Part shown: one piece after another, positions 16,875-24,388 of the stretch
Position numbering within the stretch: position 1 is the stretch's first letter
How the letters are laid out: each line of letters begins with the position of its first letter
Assembly: GCA_964463635.1 (NCBI GenBank)
Contig: CAYXCB010000002.1
Location: 1 to 62,260 of the forward strand
Length of the DNA stretch: 62,260 bases
Source: an uncultured Candidatus Saccharibacteria bacterium
Lineage (GTDB): Bacteria; Patescibacteriota; Saccharimonadia; Saccharimonadales; CAZARM01
Direction of reading: 5' to 3'
Translations under genes and position numbers: made by a program
Notes under the pieces: generated by a model
The model's input: the letters and a program-made list of their open reading frames with translations, nothing else
What the model was told of the DNA's origin: nothing
The model's database searches: none

Positions 16875-17762
16875 ATGGCCACTCCATCAATGGAAATGCT
16901 TACTGGTAATGCAGGAAACTTACCTGCAATAGGTGCAAAAGTGGCAGTAGGGCTTGGGGGCTTAGCTGCTGCATTTAAGCTACACGAGTCAATCGATACA
17001 GACGAACAGGCGATCATTCTGAACCGAGGCAAGGTTAAGCTGGATCGAAAAAAAGTTGCGACAGTTTTTAATCCTCCTGACGCCGGAAGAATTCGAAGAA
17101 TATGGCCAAACATGAGGCGAGCCCGGAGAATAATGGATGCCAGGGCTGAGTTTCTGGGAGCGGCTAACCTTAATGCGGGGATTGATGTGCCTCATCGGGA
17201 TGCTGCTGAATATGCCAAGATTTACGGAAACGGTGGTAAGTTTACATTTTTCAGTATGCGTAGCCTTCGAAAGATAAAGACCAGCCAACACATCAGCGGT
17301 CTACCTAAGCAAAGAGTGATGCTAAATGGTGAATTAAGAGAAGTTGACTCTACTGTCACATGGGAAATTGGAAATTTCGGTCAAAATGCTGCTCGTGCGC
17401 TGTTACGCGTTACGTCTGAGACAGATCTTGAGCAGAAATTAGTTTCTACGACTGCAAAAGAATCAGAAGAAATAATTGAGGACTTTGACATTAATCAACC
17501 CGGGGTTCGTATAACTTCCAGGGATGTTTATAAAAACATTGGGGCGCGTTGCGCAACATCTCTTAATGCAGACTATGGCATTGTTCTGAAGAACTACGAA
17601 ATTGGTACCAAGGGACTTTCTGAAGCCGAAAGAAGCCGGCGAATAATATTTGAGGTACCAGGAGAGGGTAACCCAACATCAAGAGAAGTGGGAGAACGTG
17701 CCTTAAGTTTGGTTGTAGGCCACCAAGCTAGCCAGCCCGTTCTAGACGACTCCGGTACTTGA
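16875..17762 (+). CDS. hypothetical protein (possibly SPFH/band-7-like)
   Basis: 295 aa. N-terminal hydrophobic segment, then EQAIILNRGKV, reminiscent of the start of SPFH domains. Weak call. Confidence 0.35.
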   Translation: MATPSMEMLTGNAGNLPAIGAKVAVGLGGLAAAFKLHESIDTDEQAIILNRGKVKLDRKKVATVFNPPDAGRIRRIWPNMRRARRIMDARAEFLGAANLNAGIDVPHRDAAEYAKIYGNGGKFTFFSMRSLRKIKTSQHISGLPKQRVMLNGELREVDSTVTWEIGNFGQNAARALLRVTSETDLEQKLVSTTAKESEEIIEDFDINQPGVRITSRDVYKNIGARCATSLNADYGIVLKNYEIGTKGLSEAERSRRIIFEVPGEGNPTSREVGERALSLVVGHQASQPVLDDSGT

Positions 17763-17892
17763 GTAAAATCGCCTAAGTCCCTGTTACAATACTGCTTATG
17801 AATCCCGTAGGAACCCAAAAAACTTTCATAAACCATTTCACGATTGAACACCAGAAGAAAGATTCAAGCGTCAACCAGCATCAAACGGTAAA

Positions 17893-19005
17893 GTGGGTTC
17901 TGACGGGATGAAAAACTTTCTTAGAATTACAAGCTCTGGACTCCTGAAGCTGGCATTATTTTCAGCTGCTATAACCGCGTCTCTGGTGTCGGTGTTCGCA
18001 TCGCCTACATCACTCAAGGAATCACTAGCCGACAATAAGCTCTATGACGGCCTAGTCCAAAATGTTCTAGACGCCGCTAGGAAAAATAATGATATATCCG
18101 GTGAATCCGCCGCACCGGCCGACAAGCAGCTCAGCTTGAATGCTCTGGAAACGGCTGCCAAGCAGGCTTTCACCCCAGAAGTGTTGCAAAGCTCAACTGA
18201 GCAAGCATTGGATGGTATTTACCACTGGCTGAACGGGGAAGTCGAGTCACCGGATTTCCGGATTGACTTAACCCAAGCCAAGGCTAACTTCATCGCCGCG
18301 GCCGGCGCTGAAGTCGAAAAACACGCCGCCTCACTGCCAGTCTGCACAACGACTCAGGCCAGGACAATTGATCCAGATGCTGATCCGTTTTCACTGACGT
18401 GCCGACCGGCAACGCTTAGCCCAGCGGATGTCCGTAATAACGCCGTAGCTGAGCTAAACAAAGATAACAAATTTATACCTAACCCCGTATTGTCAGCTGA
18501 TAACTTGTCGAAAGACGCTAATGGCGAAACTTTCTTTGACAAAGCCGAGGGAGCCCGGTCGCTGTATCAAGTTGCCAAAGTCTTGCCGTGGATTTTGCTA
18601 ATTTTGAGTGGCCTTTTGGCTGCGGGCTTGCTGTTCTTAAATGAGACCAAGCGCAAGGGTATAAAAAATATTGGTGTCACTCTGCTTGGAACGGGGCTAT
18701 TCCTGCTAGTTACCGGTTGGTTGACCGGCTTTCTGTTTGACAAAGCAGCCCGTCCAGGAGGGATGTTAAGCAAATCCATAGAGAACGAATTCCAGGAATC
18801 CATCCTAGCGGCCGTGCGGTCACTAAATAGCTTGTTCAATCGAACGATTCTGATTTATTGCTTGGTTTACATAGCCCTGGGGGCGGCCGCGCTGATCGCG
18901 CTGCGTTTCACCCGTCCAAAAGTCGCTGAGGCAATACCAGAAGAAAATAAGGAATTGGGCACAAAGCCAGACACCAAAGCTACGGAAAAGAAAAAGAGCG
19001 CTTAG
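17893..19005 (+). CDS. hypothetical membrane protein
   Basis: 370 aa. N-terminal signal/TM, a large extracytoplasmic part, several C-terminal TM helices and a Lys-rich tail. The start may be the ATG for MKNFLRI 15 nt downstream. Confidence 0.5.
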   Translation: MGSDGMKNFLRITSSGLLKLALFSAAITASLVSVFASPTSLKESLADNKLYDGLVQNVLDAARKNNDISGESAAPADKQLSLNALETAAKQAFTPEVLQSSTEQALDGIYHWLNGEVESPDFRIDLTQAKANFIAAAGAEVEKHAASLPVCTTTQARTIDPDADPFSLTCRPATLSPADVRNNAVAELNKDNKFIPNPVLSADNLSKDANGETFFDKAEGARSLYQVAKVLPWILLILSGLLAAGLLFLNETKRKGIKNIGVTLLGTGLFLLVTGWLTGFLFDKAARPGGMLSKSIENEFQESILAAVRSLNSLFNRTILIYCLVYIALGAAALIALRFTRPKVAEAIPEENKELGTKPDTKATEKKKSA

Positions 19006-19377
19006 AGTCTGCGCTTGTGGTGGATTAAGAATATAAGCTGATCAGTTTTAGGCGAAAAGTTTGAAGAGCGAGGAAGCGTAACCTTAGTTACGTTGACGAG
19101 CGATGAGGACTTTGCAGGCAAAAGTGACGACTTATAAATTAAGCCTACCGCCAGGGTAGACTCTATATTAGGCGCTCTTTGCTTTGAGCTTCGTTTTGCC
19201 GGTGAAATACTTGGTGTCGAAACACCACAGTTCGTTGGTTTCGCTATCACGGATGTAATAGCGTGGTTGAGAAGTGTGTTGTCCCATAACGTGCCCCTTT
19301 CCAATCTCATCATAGCAAAGTTTATTGCTGTTACTGTGTGATTTCCGTCACTCCTGGTTTACCGTGAGTTTGTCGAA

Positions 19378-19467
19378 TGGCGGAGAGAGTGGGATTCGAA
19401 CCCACGGTACCCGTGAGAGCACAACGCTTTTCGAGAGCGTCCAGTTCAACCACTCCTGCATCTCTCC
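19378..19467 (-). tRNA. tRNA-Ser (anticodon CGA), CCA encoded
   Basis: Hand-folded: acceptor GGAGAGA/TCTCTCC, discriminator G, anticodon arm ACGCT-CTCGAAA-AGCGT, long variable arm, T-arm GTGGG-TTCGAAT-CCCAC. Confidence 0.9.
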
Positions 19468-19498
19468 GCAACCAGGTCATTTTACCACCCGCTACCGA

Positions 19499-20230
19499 TC
19501 ATTCGACATCGACAACCAGAGCGCGGTGGTCGCTGATCAGAGAGTACTCGGTACTCACGACGCGAATTGTCAGCCCACTAACTGCTATATGGTCGATGCT
19601 CTTCACTGGATTAGGCGCCGGAAACGTCGGCGGGCCGTCAACTAACTCCAGCGCGGTTCCTGAAAGGTGAGCTAGAACCTGGTCTCTCCTGAGGTTGAGG
19701 TCGCCCATCAATACCTGTGGTCCCGGCCGGCCGGCAAGAGCATTGATCACTTTGGGCAATTGTTCTCGTTTAAGACGCGGCTGGGTGGATAAGTGAGTAG
19801 CGGCTACCGAAATTGGGCGGCCGCCAATACGAACTGTGGCCAGTATGGCGTTGCGTGGTTCTTCGCGGCCAACTCTGTGTTCACTGTCGCCAAGCCGCAC
19901 TTGAAACCGTGGGCCGCCCTTTAGCGGCAGGATGTCCTCATCCTCGATTTCACCTCGTACCAGCAGAGCGTTGCCGTAGCTACCCCAATAAAACCTCATT
20001 GTACGGGCAAATCTAACTTCCATGCCTGACGCCTCAGCCGCCATCTTGGCTATATGTCTAAAATTTGACCGAGGGGTTCTTTTATCTACTTCCTGCAATG
20101 CGAGTATGTCGGCATCCAGAGCGGCACACGCTTCCGCCACTTGCTCGGGGTTGCCTCGATATTTATCAGAGAGGGCACCGTGTTGGATATTCCACGTCGC
20201 CAGCCGGATGCTGCCATTCTGCTCACTCAT
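19499..20230 (-). CDS. endonuclease/exonuclease/phosphatase (EEP) family protein
   Basis: IRLATWNIQHG, DILALQEV and the C-terminal SDHRALVVDVE motifs. Confidence 0.85.
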   Translation of the reverse strand: MSEQNGSIRLATWNIQHGALSDKYRGNPEQVAEACAALDADILALQEVDKRTPRSNFRHIAKMAAEASGMEVRFARTMRFYWGSYGNALLVRGEIEDEDILPLKGGPRFQVRLGDSEHRVGREEPRNAILATVRIGGRPISVAATHLSTQPRLKREQLPKVINALAGRPGPQVLMGDLNLRRDQVLAHLSGTALELVDGPPTFPAPNPVKSIDHIAVSGLTIRVVSTEYSLISDHRALVVDVE

Positions 20231-20406
20231 AGGCCCATAATCACTAAACTAGTACAAGATTGCAAGCCTAGTAGTAGACTTTCGAGCCTTTCATCGAAGA
20301 TGAGCTAGGCTTCCCGGCCACTTGGCCGAGAAGTTCTCGAAAGCTCACTACTGGGCAAGCATGAGCGAAATAGTCCAGCACCCTTATCAAAGTTAGAACT
20401 GGGCTC

Positions 20407-20436
20407 TTGACAGGAGTGATACACTTTTGATACAGT
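20407..20436 (+). promoter_or_regulatory. promoter of the RHH-RelE module (probably leaderless)
   Basis: TTGACA (20407-20412), 18-nt spacer, TACAGT. The ATG at 20443 lies 6 nt after the -10 and there is no SD. Confidence 0.5.
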
Positions 20437-20442
20437 ACCTGT

Positions 20443-20661
20443 ATGGCTACTACAAAAAGCAGGCTCAATATCACTCTTACTCGTGAAGCAAAACGGGCTA
20501 TTGCTAAACTTGCCCAGCGTGATGAAGTACCTGATGCTACGCTTGCTGCTCGCTTGATTGAGACTGCACTTGAGTTGGAGGAGGACACCGTGTGGGATAC
20601 GCTTGCAACTGAGCGTGATACAAAACATGCTTCCTACGTTCCACACGATAAAGCTTGGTAG
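20443..20661 (+). CDS. type II antitoxin, ribbon-helix-helix family
   Basis: 72 aa. SRLNITLTREAKRAIAKLAQRDEVPDATLAARLIE. Overlaps the toxin start. Confidence 0.8.
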   Translation: MATTKSRLNITLTREAKRAIAKLAQRDEVPDATLAARLIETALELEEDTVWDTLATERDTKHASYVPHDKAW

Positions 20662-20939
20662 TAATGATTTTTGAAATAGCTTATCACGAGCTGGTGATAA
20701 CCAATGACATGCCTAAATTGTCCTCTGTCTGGAAAGACAGAATACGTAAAACGATTGAAGAACGTCTCACAATAAGACCAGATTTTTATGGCAAACCTCT
20801 CCGGAAGTCATTGAAGGGCTACCGTAAATTACGAGTTGAAGATTATCGAGTAATTTTTAAGGTTGAAAATAAAACAGTCAAAATATTGATGATCGCTCAT
20901 CGTTCAGTGGTGTACACAAAGATTAGCAAGCGAACATAG
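20655..20939 (+). CDS. type II toxin, RelE/ParE superfamily
   Basis: 94 aa. LKGYRKLRVEDYRVIFKVENKTVKILMIAHRSVVY. Confidence 0.85.
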   Translation: MVVMIFEIAYHELVITNDMPKLSSVWKDRIRKTIEERLTIRPDFYGKPLRKSLKGYRKLRVEDYRVIFKVENKTVKILMIAHRSVVYTKISKRT

Positions 20940-20961
20940 CAATTTATATGCTACATGGAAA

Positions 20962-21037
20962 TGGTACACCCGGCGCGATGGTTACTTCTTGCGGCGTGCT
21001 CGGAGCCAGCTCCTGTGCGCGTCCTCGAAGATCGAAC
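20962..21037. repeat. exact 18-nt copy of the tRNA-Arg 3' end (20962-20979) plus a conserved 58-nt module (20980-21037)
   Basis: TGGTACACCCGGCGCGAT is identical to 21110-21127. The adjoining 58 nt match 22897-22954 at 53/58 positions. Confidence 0.65.
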
Positions 21038-21070
21038 GTCGCTCGAATCACGGCTCGACTATCGAGCAGA

Positions 21071-21097
21071 ATTTAAAACCGCCACGATGTGGCGGCC
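21071..21097 (-). terminator. intrinsic terminator after tRNA-Arg
   Basis: Minus strand: CCGCCAC-ATC-GTGGCGG followed by TTTTAAATT. Confidence 0.7.
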
Positions 21098-21109
21098 ATA
21101 AAATTCTCC

Positions 21110-21186
21110 TGGTACACCCGGCGCGATTCGAACGCACGACCTCCTGTACCGCAAACAGACGCTCTATCCAGCTGAGCTACGGGTGC
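21110..21186 (-). tRNA. tRNA-Arg (anticodon read as GCG), CCA encoded
   Basis: GCACCCGTAGCTCAGCTGGATAGAGC... with anticodon loop TTGCGGT, T-arm GTGCG-TTCGAAT-CGCGC, discriminator A. 77 nt. Confidence 0.88.
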
Positions 21187-21194
21187 TTGGTAAT

Positions 21195-21265
21195 GAGACA
21201 AACCTACGGTTTTTCTCATCGCGCCGGCAAAATGGAATACATTTTAGTCGGGCTGCTCTTTTCCC
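21195..21265. repeat. intergenic repeat family copy B
   Basis: GAGACAAACCTACGGTTTTTCTCATCGCGCC...GCTGCTCTTTTCCC. Abuts the 5' side of tRNA-Arg. Confidence 0.5.
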
Positions 21266-21343
21266 TTAGGGTTATCAAGAACAGGGTATATCCTAGCACG
21301 GAACAGGGGTGATTACTAGGTTTATATGTTCTCTAGTAAAGAA

Positions 21344-22126
21344 TTACTTGGCCCGAATGCTGTTAATAATTTCCTCAAACTTCGCTCCATTGTGTTCGAA
21401 ATCAACCTTGTCCGCCCCCACAACCATACCCGCCGTTATACCGTTTTTCCTGGGCACCACTAGGACGGCTGCCATTGTTTTTTCATGACCATCAAGCAGA
21501 CAAGTGCCTGTGGATTTTAGAGCCATAAACGTATCAGGGTAAGTTACGTCTTGAAAGCTTGTAAATTTGGGATTTTCGCAATCTTTGAATGGTGTAAACT
21601 CGATGAAATTCTCTGCCTTGGCGATCTGTCTCACTTTCTCTATAAGTGTCTGCTGAAGCGAAGCTGGCAAGCTGGGAAAGTTCTCGCCAATCGGCTCATA
21701 GCCTGCGGTTACACTTAAACTTGCAACTCCATGACCATTTTCTTCTGCTAACATGCTATATATTTGCGTACTTCTATCGTCACTCGTTTGTCTTTCCCAG
21801 TCAGCAGGGCTACTAAATGTAACGTCATTCAAGGAAGCTTGTGACAGGTTAGCAAATGTTTGAGGCTTAGGTTTTTTAGCAATTAGAAGGCCCGCTATTC
21901 CACCCCCCAGAAGTAATAACACTATTATGCTAATAACAAAAATACGGTGATGAGACCTCTTTTTTGTACTATCTGGTCTTATTGGCTGGCTAAAAGAGGC
22001 TGGTATGAAGGTCTGTAAGCGTTCGGGTGGCCATCCCGCATCTAGCAGTTGGGTTCGGATGGTTTCATCTGGGGTGCCAGCAAGCCTTTGGTCGGCTATA
22101 AATTGTTTGAGCTGGGAGTCATCCAT
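21344..22126 (-). CDS. hypothetical membrane-anchored protein
   Basis: 260 aa. N-terminal cytoplasmic segment, one TM (IFVISIIVLLLLGGGIAGLLIA), then an extracytoplasmic domain. Confidence 0.55.
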   Translation of the reverse strand: MDDSQLKQFIADQRLAGTPDETIRTQLLDAGWPPERLQTFIPASFSQPIRPDSTKKRSHHRIFVISIIVLLLLGGGIAGLLIAKKPKPQTFANLSQASLNDVTFSSPADWERQTSDDRSTQIYSMLAEENGHGVASLSVTAGYEPIGENFPSLPASLQQTLIEKVRQIAKAENFIEFTPFKDCENPKFTSFQDVTYPDTFMALKSTGTCLLDGHEKTMAAVLVVPRKNGITAGMVVGADKVDFEHNGAKFEEIINSIRAK

Positions 22127-22138
22127 GAAATATTTATC

Positions 22139-22741
22139 CTAAAATCTGACTTTGCGCATGAATCTGTCAATCGGATCGACGGCTAATTCCTCGTGGGGCA
22201 GGTAATCGGCCACGAAGTTGATAATGTCTTCTTCCTGATCGGGCGGATAATAAATTGTCAGACCAGGCATAAACCGCTTCATGCTGGTGAACAAAACCGA
22301 ACTGATACCGCCGTTCTCCTGGACTGAAAAAGACTTGAAATCGACGTATGGGTAAAACTTTTGTCCAGCCTGGACGCCTTGTTGGCTAAGCTGGTAGGAA
22401 AGTACCCGCGGTTGCCTGGCCGCGAAAACACCCAGCATAATAACTCCCAGTGATGTGACAACAGTTGAAACTAAGTCTTTGGTCACCACAAAAACAATGC
22501 CCGCCAGCAGCGCTGCGCCCAAGCCAAGCAAAACGTACCAAGACATGCCTTTTTGATGGGCTATATATTCTGACGCCGTCCAGCTAACTCCTGGACCAGT
22601 GTCGCGGGGCTCGTCATGGGTTTCGATGATTTGAGGCTGCGGGGCTGGGGCAGCTTCTTGATGTTCGACTGGCTCGGTAGTCGCTGGAGTAGGGTTAGGC
22701 TGAGGAGAATTCCCCGGTGTTATTGTTTCACCTGGTTGCAT
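22139..22741 (-). CDS. hypothetical membrane protein (probably leaderless)
   Basis: ATG at 22741 (MQPGETI...) lies 6 nt after an extended -10 (TGGTACAAT on the minus strand). Pro-rich N-terminus followed by two TM helices. The track start (TTG 22768) lies in the promoter/repeat. Confidence 0.55.
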   Translation of the reverse strand: MQPGETITPGNSPQPNPTPATTEPVEHQEAAPAPQPQIIETHDEPRDTGPGVSWTASEYIAHQKGMSWYVLLGLGAALLAGIVFVVTKDLVSTVVTSLGVIMLGVFAARQPRVLSYQLSQQGVQAGQKFYPYVDFKSFSVQENGGISSVLFTSMKRFMPGLTIYYPPDQEEDIINFVADYLPHEELAVDPIDRFMRKVRF

Positions 22742-22761
22742 AAGCGTATTGTACCAAACTT

Positions 22762-22838
22762 GAGACAAACCTGCGGTTTTTCGTTAGCACCGTCGGCTAA
22801 GCCGACCTGTAAACAGGCAGGCTCGCTGCTCTTTTCCC
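22762..22838. repeat. intergenic repeat family copy C
   Basis: GAGACAAACCTGCGGTTTTTCGTTAGC...GCTGCTCTTTTCCC with its own internal hairpins (GTCGGC-TAA-GCCGAC). Confidence 0.5.
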
Positions 22839-22869
22839 TAAAAATAAAAGAGCTCAGGCAAGCCTGAGC
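22838..22869 (-). terminator. intrinsic terminator downstream of the Ser-GCU module
   Basis: Minus strand: GCTCAGG-CTTG-CCTGAGC followed by TCTTTTATTTTT. Confidence 0.7.
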
Positions 22870-22878
22870 AAATTTATT

Positions 22879-22954
22879 TGGCGGAGGAGGAGAGATGTTT
22901 ACTTCTTGCGGCGTGCTCGGAACAAGTTCCTGTGCTCGTCCTCGAAGATCGAAC
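22879..22954. repeat. exact 18-nt copy of the tRNA-Ser(GCU) 3' end (22879-22896) plus a conserved 58-nt module (22897-22954)
   Basis: TGGCGGAGGAGGAGAGAT is identical to 23031-23048. The module is homologous to 20980-21037. Confidence 0.65.
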
Positions 22955-22995
22955 TCTCTGCTTTCGCAGTACGAGTTCTCAAATCTACATGCCAA

Positions 22996-23021
22996 TTCAA
23001 AAACCCTGACTAAAGTCAGGG
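22996..23021 (-). terminator. intrinsic terminator after tRNA-Ser(GCU)
   Basis: Minus strand: CCCTGAC-TTTA-GTCAGGG followed by TTTTTGAATT. Confidence 0.7.
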
Positions 23022-23030
23022 CTCTCGAAT

Positions 23031-23123
23031 TGGCGGAGGAGGAGAGATTCGAACTCTCGCTGGAGCTTGCGCCCCACTAATGATTTAGCAAACCATCCCC
23101 TTCAGCCACTTGGGTACTCCTCC
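23031..23123 (-). tRNA. tRNA-Ser (anticodon GCU), CCA encoded
   Basis: Acceptor GGAGGAG/CTCCTCC, discriminator G, anticodon loop TTGCTAA, long variable arm, T-arm GAGAG-TTCGAAT-CTCTC. Confidence 0.88.
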
Positions 23124-23166
23124 GCGAACCCCCATAAAACAGGTTTGATGGGGACCCCTGTGTTAT

Positions 23167-23258
23167 TGGCGGAAGGGGTGGGATTCGAACCCACGGTACC
23201 TCTTGCAAGGCACAATAGTTTTCAAGACTATCATCATCAACCACTCGATCACCCTTCC
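23167..23258 (-). tRNA. tRNA-Ser (anticodon UGA), CCA encoded
   Basis: Acceptor GGAAGGG/CCCTTCC, anticodon arm ATAGT-CTTGAAA-ACTAT, long variable arm, T-arm GTGGG-TTCGAAT-CCCAC. Confidence 0.9.
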
Positions 23259-23302
23259 TGGGGAATAACAGGGGAGATTATACCAGCTATATCTGTTTCC
23301 GG

Positions 23303-23983
23303 CTACTGCTTCTGAGCGAAGACGGCGCCATTGACGTGCTTGGCACCAGACGCTTTTAAAACTTTAGCGCAAGCACCTAGTGAAGCACCGGTGGTCACGA
23401 TGTCATCAATCAACAATATTGACAGGTCTTTTGTCGATTTATTGCTTTTCGGTCGAAAAGCTGACTCTAGCTGCTTCAGTCGCTGCTCGCGCTTAGCGCC
23501 GACCTGCCTGGTTTGGCCAATTCGGTGGAGCAGGGGCATAAATGATAAACCTCGCACCTTGGCAAAAGCCTTGGCGAGCTCAGCGGCCTGGTCGTAGCCG
23601 CGCTCGCGCACCCGGCTGGTAGCCGTTGGCACATAGCTGACAATCGTATCTGGTTTTAGATAGGGCAGCGTTTCGTCCATTTGCTCAGCTAAAAGCTTGG
23701 CTACGTCCTTAGCCCTTTCAAACTTATAAGCCCTGAGCAATTGCTTGGAGTATCCTTCGTATCCTGTGGCGACCCATACGTGGGACAGTGGGGTAAATCG
23801 TCGGCAGTTTTCACAGACCTTGCTGTCGATAGACATTTTATGACAGCGAAAACAGCGTTCAGGCAATGGCGCAAAAGCGTCAGGTTTGCACCAGGCGCAT
23901 AACAGAGACCCTTCGCGCCCACAACGCAGACAGCGGTATGGGGCTAGCAATTGAAACAGCTTCTCGAGTATCAACATGGCCAT
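23303..23983 (-). CDS. comFC: ComF family protein (ComFC-type phosphoribosyltransferase)
   Basis: N-terminal Cys clusters (CLRCG...CAWC, CFRCH...CENC) and PRTase motif ILLIDDIVTTGASL. Start placed at MAMLILEKL; the track ORF extends to 24037. Confidence 0.8.
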   Translation of the reverse strand: MAMLILEKLFQLLAPYRCLRCGREGSLLCAWCKPDAFAPLPERCFRCHKMSIDSKVCENCRRFTPLSHVWVATGYEGYSKQLLRAYKFERAKDVAKLLAEQMDETLPYLKPDTIVSYVPTATSRVRERGYDQAAELAKAFAKVRGLSFMPLLHRIGQTRQVGAKREQRLKQLESAFRPKSNKSTKDLSILLIDDIVTTGASLGACAKVLKASGAKHVNGAVFAQKQ

Positions 23984-24188
23984 ACTGTAGATAGTAACTT
24001 GGAAGTAGTAAATAGGCTTGCAAACTACAAATTTCAAGTGTCAAAATTCAGAAAAAGATCAAACTTCAATGCGCCAACAGTTTGGTATTTGATTCTCTGA
24101 AGTTTATCTGAAGTTTGATATTTGGTGTTTGAACTTTAGCGCTACTCAAGTGTTGTATTTATAGTGTTGTAAATAAGCTGTCTCGTAG

Positions 24189-24218
24189 TTGCGCCCCTTT
24201 TCATACATAAGCTATACT
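24189..24218 (+). promoter_or_regulatory. candidate hsp20 promoter
   Basis: TTGCGC, 18-nt spacer, TATACT. Would give a ~165-nt leader with four hairpins. Confidence 0.35.
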
Positions 24219-24388
24219 GAGTACTAACAAAAATTGCAAACATTCCTGCACTAACTATATAAACCAAAATCTCAAACCAAGCGCAGCTGTTTGAGATTTT
24301 GAGAGGAAAAAACGACCTGAGGTCGGAAGGAAAGTGATGTGTCACTTTCTAGAGACCGAACGTCGGTTTTGACGAGGAGGGTAACACG

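Noticed and set aside
19002-19313. 103-aa minus-strand ORF between the membrane protein and tRNA-Ser, and a 39-aa alternative (19168..19287, MGQHTSQPRYYIRDSETNELWCFDTKYFTGKTKLKAKSA) preceded by GGAAAGGGG
   Set aside because: The 103-aa ORF is low-complexity and has no start signals. The 39-aa ORF has a plausible RBS but no other support, which is too weak to list as a feature.
19325-19670. Track ORFs overlapping tRNA genes: 19325/19377 (+) across tRNA-Ser(CGA), 20989..21312 across tRNA-Arg, and 22895..23080 and 23067..23315 across the tRNA-Ser genes
   Set aside because: They read straight through tRNA genes and terminators. The short conserved peptides across the 58-nt module are discussed in the finding, but five substitutions cannot discriminate coding from RNA or DNA-site conservation.
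24058-24119. An 11-bp perfect inverted repeat (ATCAAACTTCA ... TGAAGTTTGAT) and a TCTGAAGTTT tandem in the comFC-hsp20 divergent region, considered as a second ORF-less heptad stem
   Set aside because: The periodicity is ~11 nt rather than 7 and there are only two clear units. It may simply be an operator or terminator in a divergent promoter region, so it is not claimed as part of the cassette family.
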